A stretch of DNA of 52,030 nt, filler included, from Sphacelaria rigidula (GCA_964200075.2; 3 parts of 3 records of this genome joined end to end with filler, not necessarily neighbours in it); one strand, 5' to 3'; positions 21,111 to 34,125 are shown, counted from the whole stretch's first letter. Program-made: numbers and translations. Notes: generated from the letters alone by a model not told the origin.

Positions 21111-23917
21111 ATAGCGTTCACAACCGGGGTAGTCGCAGCGCGGAAACGACAGTTCACGCTAGCGTGCTGCAAAGGTACGGCTGTCCAAGCGGTGGCGTGT
21201 GTCCAGATCGGGCCAAAGAACGACGACGTCCAGAGTTTCATAGGGAGGGAGGCGTGCATGTATGTCCGTCTCTTGGTTGTGGACCCCGTGAATCCTCAGT
21301 TTAAGCCAGGCGAACACCTGTTGAAGGAGGTGAGAAAAAGAGGGAGGAGTTGGCATCAACCTTTGTCAGGGCTTCCTGTGGAGAGAGATGAGAGAAAACA
21401 GTGTAAGGTTTATAGCACTTTCGAATTGTTTGAGTTTGATGTTGAAACGGTTTTCAAACATCTTTTTGTGTTTACAATACCATGTATCCATGTATCCACA
21501 CAAACCCGGATTTCGTATACGTTCATGTCGAAATACCTGCACTGAGTTTTGCTCCGCTGGCACACGAGCCCATGCGTAGTGTTTCACTTTTCCCCCCGTC
21601 AGGCCTGCGGTGCACTTGCGCACTTTCGATTGATCTACTCAGTTTTCGCTTCGCAGTGGAAACTCCCGCACACTTTTACGTTTCCCTTGGTAAAATAAGA
21701 CCCGTGCAAGATGTCTGTTCCCCGCTACAATTTTGATAGAGGCGGATCATACCCTTCGCGATGCAGATGGCCCTGTTTCTGTGCTGTCAAGTATCCCCCT
21801 TTCCGTCCGCGAGATGTTTCAAGTTGGGGCAGCAAAGAGGAACCAAATGAATAATATGGTCATTTGTTACATGAACGACACGGACGAGTCAGGGTAAGCT
21901 GAGCATGTCGACGTAATCGACCTGTTGAGGCGGTCACGTGCGGCCATCCAGGTCAGTAGCCCGTTGAAGTAGGTCAAGTTGCACCTCCGTGCCCTCGTGT
22001 GCACTGTATCAGGTGACGGTTGTTCTCGTTGAGATTTCTGACGGATAAAATGTGAGCCGATTCTGCACATACTCTCCGAGCGTGTAACTCCGAAGGCGGG
22101 AAGAACATCGTGGACATCCCGTCACCTTACTCATTGTCGTCCGCAAGTTATGGCCGATACCTCATACTGAATGTAGTTTTGAATGCAGAGCCATCTTGGC
22201 GCCGAAGTTGCCACGCCCAACTTACTTGTAGGGCTCGGATCCGAAATTTTGATACGTACTCCGGTACAGGGATCGGCCCCCCCGTCGTTTTTCGCCCACG
22301 TACCTCTCTGACCCTCCATGAAAAGATTGGTGACTGGTCGTTTTTCCGCAAAAACAGAACGGAAGGATCGCAAAGTTGGTCGACATGAACCGTGTCGGCG
22401 GGCAACCTCGAATCACTTGTCAAAATTTCGGGTCTCAACTCGAAGAATTGAGTGGGGTGTGGCGATGTTGGCGAATCGTCGACCTGTTGATCGGCTCAGC
22501 CTTCACCAAATCCTAAGCTGGTTGAAATGTTTTATCGAGTAATTACTTTGACCCCTGAAAAGGAGAACATCCCCTCCGATCGCCGAGGCAGCCCGTTTGA
22601 CCATTCACTATGGGCATTCATCAATCTCGATCTGACCGCAGATCGGGAGAACTCAGATCGGGAAACGCCTGGTGTGGCCCCCAATACAGCCCAGATTGGG
22701 GGAGCTCAAATCGGAATTTCTTGATTGAAGAACGAAAAATACAAATATCTATCTGATTTGTGCTGACTGACCCAAACAATTGTTGAAATGGAGTATGGAT
22801 AGGNNNNNNNNNNGGGCCCCCCAACCCGCCGAGATGGGGGGAGCGGAAAACGGAGGCTTTTGGTTAAAGAAGGACGCGCCCCCCCCCCCCCCCCCCGACT
22901 TGGAAAGAAATGGGGGTATTTGAGGTTCCACCAGTCTGTGGGAAGGTGACGTACGCACAGTGACATACCGTGATGGGGCAAGAGAAAGCGCAGCAGCGGA
23001 CTGTCTCGTGTCAGCACAGGCCATACCCACCCGCGCCAGCTGCTGGAGCGGCTTCGTAGCACAGGTGGCGCGCACGGGATTCGACAAGCGGATAGGAAGG
23101 GTTGACGCCGTACCCTGCGGCGATGGTGAAATACTGCACAGAACCGCCGTACGCATCATCGTAACGAACGGTGCTGTACGATCCTATTCCTTACTGCATT
23201 CGTACTTGCAGGGTGATGGCGGCAGTGCATTCCTACTGTACTGCTCTCAGGCCGTGTCTTATCAAAATGTTTCCGTGTCGAAAACGTGTGGTCGAATCGA
23301 ATCCGCCCGTTTTTTATTTGTCGACGCCATTTATTTTCTCAGAGGGTTGAGAACAATTTGAGAAGACACGGCCTCACACACGATTCTTGCAGTACTGACA
23401 GAACGATCATGTGTTACCGTACGGCATTATCGTGTCCTGCGATCGTGTAGTGTTGTGAGGTGTATTTTACCCTAGGTACCATTGTATGACGCTATTCTTG
23501 AAGGGCGATTCACTGTGTGCTCGTTGGGCTTCACTATTATGCGACACCACAACATTATTTTTTCTTCCATTATTCGTATTTTTTTTGTATCGAGTCTGTG
23601 TGAAGTGTTTCTGAGTCCGATCTATTTCATGATTTTTCTTCTAACCCAGCTTGAGGTAGGTAGCCTGTGACCACGGAAGGCGTTCGCATCAGATGCCCAG
23701 TACAGAGTACTGCGCAGATATCGGAACGGTTTTTATTGCGAAGACCATAACAACAACAACCCTGGAGAGAATGAGCGTTGGGGCCGGAACGACTCTGTCT
23801 TCCGCAGTCATGAAATTTCGCACAGATCGGGGTTTCTGGAGATGGAGAATTTTCCCCGAAGATAAGTGGCCATGGACAACCAACCATGCATGTCTCAACG
23901 CGTCGCATTGTTGGTGA
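21111..23917 (+). pseudogene. Possible GNAT-family acetyltransferase gene or pseudogene (exons 21111-21329, 23065-23125, 23808-23917)
   Basis: Phase-compatible splice reads ...AVACVQIG...MYVRLLVVDPVNPQFKPGEHLLKE-VARTGFDKRIGRVDAVPCGD-VMKFRTDRGF..., in the order of GNAT motifs A and B. The first exon has strong splice sites; the middle one has weak ones. Confidence 0.4.
22804..22813. other. Assembly gap (10 N)
   Basis: Run of N. Confidence 0.97.
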
Positions 23918-24764
23918 TATTTGAGCAACAAAGTGCCTCTGCAATAATGGTCCTTCAAGTGCCTGCGGGTCTAGATGTGTTACCTCTTTCACCCGCTATC
24001 CTCCCCGCGCGCCCGTCGAAAACTTACTGCGCAGCTGAAGGAGATCGGGAAAATGGAGAATATCCCCGTAAGCTTCCAGCCGATCAAGAATGTGTACTCG
24101 GGCCGTTTTTATGCGGCTACCTTGGTCATGTAACAAGCCAAAGCTTGGTGAGGGGAGTATTTATTGGTACTAGTGCGCTATCAGGTAGAGGAAGAATTAA
24201 CCTGGGCAGACATATGGTGAATATGCAGGTGCGCGCGTAGAGCGTAAAGCGATCCGGTAAGTGGTCCCGATTGGATGTAAGCAGTTAATGCGACAGAAGA
24301 TCCTCGGCAAGGGGTTCTTGCGCTTGTTAATAGCGGATGCATCAAAATCCTGAGGAAGATTGTGCACCGGGAAACGGGAAATGGCACGCCAAAATGTTCA
24401 TGTACGCAGGGCGTGTTTTGTGTACGTCTAATGTGAGGAGAGAGGTAAATGCCGTCGTCACACGCTGTGGTTGATGGTATTCTGCATTGAAGAGTTGTGC
24501 TCTATATGTCCAATGGTTGTTGGTACTGTGTGTAATACTCGTATGTGTCCGTAAGGTGGAGGTTGGGTGTTGAGAGCATCTTTTGTTGATGATTTATTTG
24601 CTGCGTGAGTGCATCTGTAAATTGTATTTTCCGCGATCCGTGCTTGTGCATCAGTATACTTTTGAGCATCCGTACTCGCTGGAACACGGGCAGCATCGGC
24701 CAGGGGCTAGTGAGTCGAAGCTGGTGCAGCTTTATTCGTTCACTGGCGAACAATCCTTGTACAT

Positions 24765-25055
24765 GACGTTTTCATGAGATTGAGAGTAGAGCGCCGATTG
24801 AAAGTGGCTTCAACATGGCCAATTTTTCATTCCATGTGCGCTTTTCTTTGCCGTCATCACTGGCGTGTGCTTACAGCTACACATCGATATCCTACTCGAG
24901 GATGTCAAAGGCCTCAGTGGCAAGCCACTACAGAAAGCATATTGGGCCTCGTGGAGGGGCATTTCGGAACTGAAACGAGTCATTCACTGATTGACCGCTT
25001 TTCACTGTCAATCATATCCTGTACTCTAACTCAAACTAACAAAACATTGTTACAT
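24765..25055. repeat. Dispersed repeat D, copy 1
   Basis: Reverse-complement match to 45430-45725 (e.g. cactggcgtgtgcttacagcta, gcaagccactaca). Confidence 0.85.
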
Positions 25056-26449
25056 AACTATTTCACGTTGGAAGCAATATGGCGTCACATGCTTTGATAT
25101 CGATTGTGGGAGGTAAACGCCCCGCCTACGTGCAGCGCTCATAACACGTAAGTTCCATATGCGAGTGCCATGGCGACTGCTCTGACGCTAGTCTTCGGAG
25201 CGCACATCGGCACTTGAACTATTCAAAGGAGAAGTGTTAATGTAATGCGAGTCTGTATCTTCCCTCTTTCGTGCGTGACTGAATGGGGCGCGTGGGCGTT
25301 TCTTCTCTTAGCTTGGACGATGGTATACAGTAGTCCTTGATGTGTCGAATACAACCGCCCAGCACAACACCACACTTCGATCGAGGAGACTGGGGAAGAC
25401 GGTACAACTCACACGCAACCATCAGATGCTCGAGAATATCACCATGTCTGGAAGCAGACCGACCTCTACACTAGTTGGCTTCGTTAAAAGCGTCCGCTGG
25501 TTGGCCCACAATCCCACGCCAATGGGGGAATAATTACGAGGAGCCAAACCTTGACATACCTATTAGTACCGGAAAGGGGGCCGGTATTTCGACCCGAGTA
25601 TTCATTCAGGAACAAGGAATTCTACTGCGCCACACGGACAGCATGCTACTTTTACCAGAACAAGACAGAGGAATAGCTGTGGAGAAACTACGGCGCCCCC
25701 CCCACCTGACGCACGAGAGTCAAAATCGACCGAGACCAAGAACCGAAGGTACAGCTTTGTTAGAATCATGAGGCTAAATTCAATTTCACCACGTACGATT
25801 TCGACAAGGGGAAGAAGACGCTTTATATCTTACCTGGGAATATGAAGGGGACATGGACACGCTGAAAGGCCAAGAGTTCTCTGCTCTTCGTACGGAATTA
25901 AGTTGACCATCCAGAACAAGTCCCAGTGAAAATCGTCGACACGGACGAGGACGCCAACTCAGCACAACAAAAGAGTTACCTACAGAGGAACGAATGGTTC
26001 ATGGAATAGCGGTACATGCGTCCCAGGGCAGAATATCATCGGCCGGCCAACGCTTCGCACTACATATCAGGGAGGGGCAAACTTGTTTCGGCGAACCACC
26101 CCACCGTGGTAAAGAACCTCGCACGGTGAGATTCTTGACCCACAGGGACGATACAGCTTGGACCTTACTGAACGAAGTCACGACACACCACAGGATGCCG
26201 ACACAGAATCGCGGTGCGTCAGACTCGATAGAGCATGCCACACGGTGTTCAAGCAAAGTTTGGGGTGAAGCCGGCTCACGAGTCCAACATGCCACGCATA
26301 GGATCAAAACTAGGTCATGACGAGCGCTCCTTCATGAAATACACTCCGAGAATATGCCTGCCGCTACAGCGAAAATTGAATGCCCGAACAGGTGCACGAG
26401 ACAGGCTCGTTCACGGAAAAGACCCAAAAAAACACTGATCGGCGAAACT

Positions 26450-27290
26450 TCACGCGTTTTGAGGAGTTGGACCCTGAAAGTTTGCACACGTGTTTGTCAT
26501 TACTCAACTTTCCAAGGTGGATTTTTTTTTTTCTACTTCTTTACTTTTTCCAACGTTTTGCGGGGGTCCCAGTTATTTCGCGGAAACTTCGATCCAATCG
26601 CACCCCTGTGAAAGGGAAAAAAAATTGAAAAACCGTCGTTCATCCAAAGTTCCGTAATGACCCATAGAACATCTGTGCAAAATTTCAGTCTAAGGCCAAC
26701 TCTTATGGGAGCGTTTACAATAGAATTTTATTTTGCAATAATTTTGAACGACTTTTTTTTTTCTTTGCCGTGGTTGTGTATTTTGTGCCCGTTCGCCATG
26801 ATGACGAAGAAAAATAAAATCCTCTCAAATTGTTGCAAAATAAAATCCTAAACGCTCCCATAAGAGTTGGCCTAACTCTTTGAAACGGCCTGAAGTTTTT
26901 CGCGTTTGTGCGATGAACCTTGCCGTGCCACGGTGAAACGGCAAACTACTAGATTTCAGTATGAAAATGGCGTTTTTGGGCCTTCTTTGACGTGAACAGG
27001 AAAATTCAAGCACCAGTTGATTAAGTTTGGCCACGAAACTTTGTGGGCCTCTTCCTTGGGTTTTGCGGCGACAGAGCGTTCGCAAAAAAAATGAAAAACA
27101 TATCGTAGTGCCGGTTTTCCGGGGTCTCAGAGTGAATGACTTCGAAAAAACGGCACGGATCCCGTACGGCCCCCGAGAAACGCTTGAAAAAAACCAAGAC
27201 GTGAAAAATACCTCGTTGATCGAAACGTGCGGGTTGACTCATGGCACGATTGTGCAAAGTTTCGGGGTCTGACCCCTAACAATTGCGTGA
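26450..27290. mobile_element. Older non-autonomous DNA element hosting the Tourist-like MITE
   Basis: Degenerate inverted motifs gaccctgaaagtttgcaca (near 26470) and tgtgcaaagtttcggggtc (near 27250); boundaries approximate. Confidence 0.5.
26694..26872. mobile_element. Tourist/PIF-Harbinger-type MITE nested in an older element
   Basis: TIR GGCCAACTCTTATGGGAGCGTTTA; TSD TAA on both sides. Confidence 0.9.
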
Positions 27291-28562
27291 AGGTTTGCGC
27301 AGTTGTGCGAGGGTGTGAACTTGAAACGTGCAAACTCCTAATTACTTGGTTGTAGTATAAAAACGTATTTTTTGGGTGAATTCAACGTCAAGGCAAGAAA
27401 AACTGAAGAGATTTTCCAGTTTCTCCACCAAACTCTGGACCATTCCGGGACGCATCATGTTATTATTTTTCTTTTTTCGTTTGAGGCGTTCTCTACCGCC
27501 TTCCGGGGGTCTTTGTACTGGGATCCCCGGAAGGCGGTAGAGAACAGAGAAACTTTGAACCCTTGGCAAGAACACATTTTCCCATTGGAGCATCAATACC
27601 GACGGAACTGCCAAGTTTGAATAATATCTGAGCTTTTCTACAACAGATATAAGGGAAATCGTCACGAGGCTCCTCGAGTCTTGCGTATCTATCATGAGAG
27701 GAAATTAGGCGACGCCAAAACTCTATATCACTGAAACATGACGGTTTCGGGTATAATTCGACCCCGTTGGAACCATCTTCAAATCTGTTTTTCCCGTTAG
27801 ATTCCTGAGGTGATGAAGGTCACCACGATTTGAAGCATGTGGGATCGGGTGGAAATTGGGCTTGCAATTCGTATCTTCAATTTCGGAACAATCTGAAAGG
27901 CGCTGATTGGTCGAGACCCATTTTTGTCCATAGCGCCACCGCAATAGCCTTGAAAAAAAATCGTCCATGTCACCCTCTTCGTCTGATCATTGCGGTCAGT
28001 ATGATACCATGTATGCGATTATTGGGTGCGTATTGCAGAAGGCATTTGCTGATGACAGAATTTTGGGTATTTTGGGTGAACCAGCCTGTAGTACTATTCA
28101 GTCGGAACGATATGGTCGAAGTTTCATCAGTACACGAAAACCAATGTAATACACTCTACACTTGAGCAACTGTCCAGTTTCTCCGCAGGTAGTGGGCGTG
28201 TTACACAGAGTTTCTTCTTCTGCCCTCTCAAAGAGTGAGGAAGAGATGTATTATGAGTCGCCACGCATCGATCTTATATCGCGGGAGCCCTACACGTTAG
28301 TGGCCATCTTTACGTAATACGGGTGTGCGCATGTTGGATACATATCAAGCTACCCACACTAATTTGAGGGGGGGTGGGTTTTGTAAGGCGTTTTCCAGCA
28401 CGGCGTGCATTTGCCTTGGCTAGCGTTTACGATGGGCTATGGTGAAAGATGGTACATGGCGCACATATTGGTGATGATACCGATCTCGGTATTTCGAGTG
28501 TGTGACTGAGTTTTGGAGATGTTTCGGCATATTTACTTGATGAGCGCAAGGCATAACCTCAA

Positions 28563-28661
28563 CCCTTTGACCGCGAGGGTAGATCACCTGCTGAAACGGC
28601 ATGAATTACACTTGAAAAAAGTCTGTGATCCAGATGGACTACCCGCATCGCGGTGCAAGGG
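28563..28661. mobile_element. piggyBac-type mini-MITE, copy 1
   Basis: TCAA|CCCTTTGACCGCGA...TCGCGGTGCAAGGG|TTAA. Confidence 0.75.
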
Positions 28662-28747
28662 TTAACAGGATGCACTTGATGAATGTTGTGTGTCGAGGGA
28701 CTGGGGGGTTTCGCTCCGGCGTCGAGTTTCTCTCTGAACATTTTTAA

Positions 28748-28844
28748 CCCTTAAACCGCAAGATTAGTCTCTCTAGATCATGCATACTTTTTTCACTTGA
28801 AATTGATGCCGATTCAACAGAAGACTAACCTCGCGGTCTAAGGG
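28748..28844. mobile_element. piggyBac-type mini-MITE, copy 2
   Basis: TTAA|CCCTTAAACCGCAAGATTAGTCT...AGACTAACCTCGCGGTCTAAGGG|TTAA; inverted relative to copy 1. Confidence 0.88.
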
Positions 28845-28848
28845 TTAA

Positions 28849-29889
28849 GGGCAATGGCCTAAAAAAGGTATACCTTCTCGTTTTTTGCCTAGGGAAGATA
28901 TGAAAAATGACCAGAAACGCGAAAACAGCCAAACGTCATTTTGACCGTGTTCGCTACAAATTTTTCACGCACATCATTCGGGGGGGGCATTGGCACCCAT
29001 GTCTCGAAAAAAAACGGGAAAAAAACATGTTACTCGTCGAGAGATATGGCCACGCGAAAATGGACGTCTCGCCTCCAGGGACCACCTACCTTTTGTAGGC
29101 CAAATTTCGCCAAGGTATACCTGATCTAGGAATTATTTTTCAATCATACCTCATCTGGGCGACCGATCGACCGAGAACGTACCTTTGCTAGGCCATCGCT
29201 CTCTGCATTGTACCTGATGCGGTACATCGCGCGCAAGAGAGTCTACGCGCCAACTCCAACCATGGGCGCCCACACATTCGGATATTTTCCCGCTCATTTG
29301 CCGTTCACGGACGCCACAACGACCACGCCTCCTTCTTCCCGGGAATGGTTCCCGAGTCTCTCCGCATCGGCACAATAACTGGACGCACAACCCACAGCGC
29401 GTCGGTCTTTTGTGATCCAGGGGTTTGTGGAACACTGTTGTACTGTTGCGATCTCGGGGTGTCAAGGTCAAGCTAGGCTCTTCTACCACCAACGGGCGGT
29501 TGTCGCATTATCGATGGTTGATTCAAGAAACGGATACAGTACTGGTCGTAACGCATTTAGATGTGGACAGGGCAGTAATAGAGTTCAGCACTACAATGCA
29601 GAGTAACGTGGGCCCTGCGAAAACACTCGCGGAACGAGGCTAGTTCACCGTTATTTGGCCGCGAGGGTAGGTTACCTGCTGAATCGCCATCAATTTCACT
29701 GGGACAAGTATGGTGACCGCGGTCCAAAGGTTAACCCGGGTACCAATGCCCCCCCCAGATGATATGCGTGAAAAATTCGGAGCGAAAACAGTCAATATGG
29801 CGTGTTTGGCTGTTTTCGCGTCTCTGGTCATTTTTTGTACCTTTCCTAGTCAAAAAAGGAGAAAGTATACCTTTTCTAGGCCATTGCTC
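28849..29889. repeat. Inverted pair of about 150-bp repeats (28849-28998 and 29737-29889), MITE-family ends
   Basis: GGGCAATGGCCTAAAAAAGGTATAC... versus ...GTATACCTTTTCTAGGCCATTGCTC; related ends at about 29112-29131 and 29177-29202. Confidence 0.75.
29650..29730. mobile_element. piggyBac-type mini-MITE, degenerate copy 3
   Basis: ccgcgagggtaggttacctgctgaatcgccatcaatttcact...cgcggtccaaagg|TTAA. Confidence 0.65.
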
Positions 29890-29956
29890 TGTTCTTTACA
29901 GGTAGCTAAGGGGGGGAGGGGGGGTTTATGTGAACAGGACATCCAGTAGAATCTCC

Positions 29957-29957
29957 G

Positions 29958-29987
<30 letters not shown>
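29957..29987. repeat. (GTT)n microsatellite
   Basis: About 10 perfect units. Confidence 0.95.
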
Positions 29988-29988
<1 letters not shown>

Positions 29989-31170
29989 CGTCACATTAAA
30001 AACTGTTCCGATATCTGCGCATTACTCTGTACTGGGCATCTGATGGGACGCGTTCCGTGGTCTCAGGCTCACTACCCCAAGCTAGGATAAAAAGAAAAAT
30101 CTCTACCCGGCGCACTTGTCTCATCATGTTCCACGGATCCATGCAGCGGAATTGATCACTGTGACAGGGACGTGCGTGACTGTGTTTTTCGTGTGATTCC
30201 GTTACTTTGCTCTGCAACTCTATTACGTAGTTTCAGCTTTGACGACCATTCCCGAGCCCTCCTTTATAATCAATCAACACGGGTGAAAGGCTTTCCGGTG
30301 TCAGGGACCTGTCAGTATAGAATACAGTTCTTATGATACTGGCGTCGAGCACCAGGGGAGGAGGTGTCTTATACTCAATATGTCATGTAGAAGCACGGTC
30401 GTATTGATGAACCGATGCGTTCGCTACTTGTGCCCAAAAGCTGCGGAGTCCCAGGACCGCGAAGGGTCAGCTCGAGTCCGTGGTGAGATCAAGTTGTACA
30501 CATCGTGCGAACGCAAACCCCGTGAATGACCACGGTGCTTTTGGATTGCGGGATTGTTCTTGCCCCCCTTTGAAAAAATGGAAGTACAAAGCATTCTGGA
30601 GCTCTGACGCTGGTGGTTGCGCTGTAGTGGGCTCGGGGTGCCAGAAAAAAATAATCTCGTGAACGGACGTAACATTTGACACGTGCCTGCACGAATATCC
30701 GGCCACTAGGTAGAAGGGTGGGCGCCAACATTTGCATAACATTTGATATTAGCACGTTGCACATAATTGCGTACACAAAAATATGTCTGCCAGACATCAC
30801 CCTCTTCTCCTTTGAGTGTCCGCAGACAGACGCCCGAGTCTGAGAGTCGTTCTTCAACTGAACATGGTGCCTATTCAACAGACTACACACTTAGACAGTC
30901 AAACAGTTGAAGGGTCCTTGAGGAACTAACGAAATAATGTATTCAGTAACCGCTCATCGTACCTGCGCGACAACGCCAACACGCGGAAGAATGTAGCCTG
31001 GAAAGCTTCAATACCGCCTCGGTGTTGCTTGCAGCGTAGTTGTGCAGCCCATGAGAGGTACCACAGAAGAACGACTGGCGCAGAATCTTGACGGAAAGGT
31101 CGTCGTTGACAGAGTGCGCACCGCAGGAGTATTGATTATCGTTTTTTCGTGTGATCACTCCATGCTGCCG

Positions 31171-31434
31171 TCAACGAATAAGTGTCGCAAACAAGGCGTC
31201 AAGCCCAGCGGCCTTGCACCGCTGAGCCAGAGCCGAAACACCTTCTTTCTCACCCAACTCCTCCACGAGGCGGGGCAACACTCTAAGTTGATCGATGGTT
31301 TGACCTTCGGCCACCTGTGAGACCTCTTCGCCTCTGACGGCCAGATGCTTCCACCGCCACGTTCGTAGGGTCCTGACGAACTCTTCGCACGCCGATTCTT
31401 CGCCCTCAACAACGATAACACCTGGCCATCCCAC
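31171..31434 (-). CDS. RWDD2: RWD domain-containing protein 2-like, terminal exon (DUF1115)
   Basis: VGWPGVIVVEGEESACEEFVRTLRTWRWK...AGLDALFATLIR*; phase 0 join gives GGFSK-VGWPGVIVVEG, typical of RWDD2A/B C-termini. Confidence 0.88.
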   Translation of the reverse strand: MGWPGVIVVEGEESACEEFVRTLRTWRWKHLAVRGEEVSQVAEGQTIDQLRVLPRLVEELGEKEGVSALAQRCKAAGLDALFATLIR

Positions 31435-31698
31435 CTGGTTCAATTACGTCGATCATGATTGAGGGTCGGGTATGACTATCTCACCATGTGCACGGAAGAT
31501 ACTAGTACATATAGCATCATTTACTTCGATCGGAAAACGAATTTGTGGTAAAAAGTCACGCACCCACCGAACGCCATGTCCACTTCGAATGATCTCTACT
31601 TTGATGCGTACAAATGAGGAGGGGCCACGAGACAGCGAAGAACAGCGATTGAGAGAGAAATGAAACACCCGGAAAAAAAAAAATCAAGTCACCCGAAC

Positions 31699-32375
31699 CT
31701 TGCTGAATCCACCAAGTTCCAGCTCCCTTGCGGTCTTCAAAATCCCTGCGCGTTTCTGCGGAGCAATAATGTGGTGCGAGTAAATGAGTCGTCGTCCAAG
31801 ATACAGATGTCCCTCCCGTTTCTTCCGGAGCGGAGACGGACTGCTCCCTCCTCCTCCCACAGTAACCCATCGACCGGTCACCTCACCTTCGCCGTCCGTG
31901 CTTTTCCCTTTCCCCGCCTTAACACCGCTGCCCTCTTTCCGTCGCCGGTATTCGGCATGCGATGCGTCAACGTGTCCGCTGGCATCAACGCTGCCAACAG
32001 CTTCACCGCCGACAGTAGGCCCACTTTCCCCCCTTCGTTTCGGAGACAACACCCCTGAAATCAATTTGCCTTCCACCCCTTCCGGGTTGTTGGAGCCTGG
32101 GTCAGAAGCGGCCAACATTGCCTCGCTCAACACCGCCAAGCACTGAGGTTCGTTCCTCTCTTCGCTAGACAGCCGCTGTGCCTCTTCGTGAGCAGCTGCG
32201 AGAATCCGCGCGCGGGTAGCTGCAGATAAATGCGGCGTCCCGTCCACACTTGCCGTGAGGGGGGTCTCCGGGTAGCGTCTAGGTAGGCGTAATCGGAGGG
32301 TCGCTTCGGCCGATAAAGGGCAGCGGAAGGAGATCATTGGGATGCTCGAGATTTTGTCATCCTCATGGGCAGTGT
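31699..32375 (-). CDS. RWDD2: RWD domain-containing protein 2-like, internal exon (RWD core and start of DUF1115)
   Basis: LRLRLPRRYPETP (RWD YPxxP motif) and RRLIYSHHIIAPQKRAGILKTARELELGGFSK; CAG acceptor, GTTCGG donor; 5' exon not found. Confidence 0.85.
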
Positions 32376-32431
32376 CTGAACGGTGTGCGGTGGGGAAAAT
32401 CACGTGTGGTCGCGGCGGGCGGGGGGGGGGA

Positions 32432-32572
32432 GGGGGGGTGTACTCATGATCTTTCATACCATAGTCACAACACCATTGATCTCGCATCTTTACAACGCCG
32501 GGGGACGGAGAATGCCGGGTTCTCGCCGGACCAGTCTTGCAATCAACCACTAAGCGCTAAGCGCCGTCGGCG
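32432..32572 (-). mobile_element. C-tract-associated short repeat, in RWDD2 intron
   Basis: Reverse complement of the same family, flanked on both sides by C-runs. Confidence 0.8.
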
Positions 32573-33879
32573 GGTAAGGGGGGGGGGGCTGTGCTTTAGA
32601 ACAAGTTCCATGCAAGGATGGCGGTTTACTCAGTGATGGAACAAGTTCAAAGTTCTGGGCGATTAATATTCACACAAATCTTTTTCGGAACCCACTCATA
32701 CTGACGCGAGTGAAGAAGTTTTGGACGGCAATACCTGTATAGTTCCGACAACATGCCTCGCGCTGTTCTACTGTAATAAGCTGTGTCTTGAGGAGGTGCG
32801 ACTCCCATTCCCCAAAACCTACTGGTCTAAGCTCAGCACAGCACATGCTTCGAAGCGTCGATTAAATAGACACTGACACTATATCGTAACACCCTCCCTA
32901 AATGCGAGCCATCAAATACACGAATAAAAAATTCATGCAGAAACGTTCACTAGGTGCACACAAGGGCATTCTTCTCCGGGGTAACCAATGCTTCATGGAT
33001 ATCCCAACAACCAGTGCTGGTAAACCTGAGTGCGCATCGAGACATTCCTCTCCGAGAAGCGTGCGCTTCTTCAAGTGTATGCAGGCCTTTCTGCCGAAAC
33101 TTCCATGAAAGGGAAAAAAAGAACCTCCCTGCCAGTAGAAATCTCCCGACTCTGTCCAGCAAGACTCAACAATGCCGAGCTTTGTTCTGGCTTGAAAACC
33201 ATTTATTCGCTGGATGAGTTATTTTAACTGTACCTGATATTACCAAGATGTTGATGCTGATGTCAGCAAGTTGATCTTCTGGTTTGAGGCACCGGTGCTT
33301 ATTCCTCTTTCCATAATCAACTCCTCCATGAAGTACGGTGATTGACTCGCGAGCTGTATGTACACGGCACTACTGTTTACTGCGGCTGCAGCCGCAGTGT
33401 AGTCGGGTGCTTTTATTGATATTTCACTAGAACAGACTGCCGGTCGCCCCGGTGGCTTAGTTGGTAACCTCGAAACCTTCTGACGGTTGGGTCGTGGATT
33501 CAATTGTCGGAGCGATCTGGGAATTTTTCTCACACAATACCCAACAGTGGAGAGCGACTGTGTCGTGGGTACACAAAATTCGACTTAACGGTCGACGAAG
33601 GAAAGGGACTGCTAAGCCCCTCGCGCGATAAAAAAATAAAGGCAAGCACCGCAGAAGAAAGGTGGGGTACTAAAAACAAATAAGAAAGAAAAAGCTCCTG
33701 TGTTGACCTTCCTCCTGTGTTACCCCGGCTAGTGCGCCCACATATACCGAAAGGTGTAGATCGGCGCCCAGAATAGAGAGGACGAAGACACACACACACA
33801 CAGACAGATCGCGATCGAATGTCGCTACACGGTAGGATCGCGAATCCATGTAATCGATCGAAGAGCTACAAACATGGTA

Positions 33880-34125
33880 CACGTCGGACAGCTCATGAGC
33901 TAGCTACCTGAATATTACTTGTTATTAGTGTACTGATCCGGATCACGAGCTAGCTCATGTGATCGCTTTTTCCATATTTGCTCCCTACAGCGCTGAACAG
34001 CGAGCACGCAAAGTAGCGCTTTGGCTTCTCGGGCGCTGCTGTCACGTAATTTGTGCTTTTGGATGGGGGATCTGAGAGTCCCCTTCGATTACTTATTTTG
34101 GGTAGCTCATGACCTGTCCGACATG
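33880..34125. mobile_element. MITE family A, copy 2
   Basis: Same TIRs and internal sequence as 11426-11685. Confidence 0.85.
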
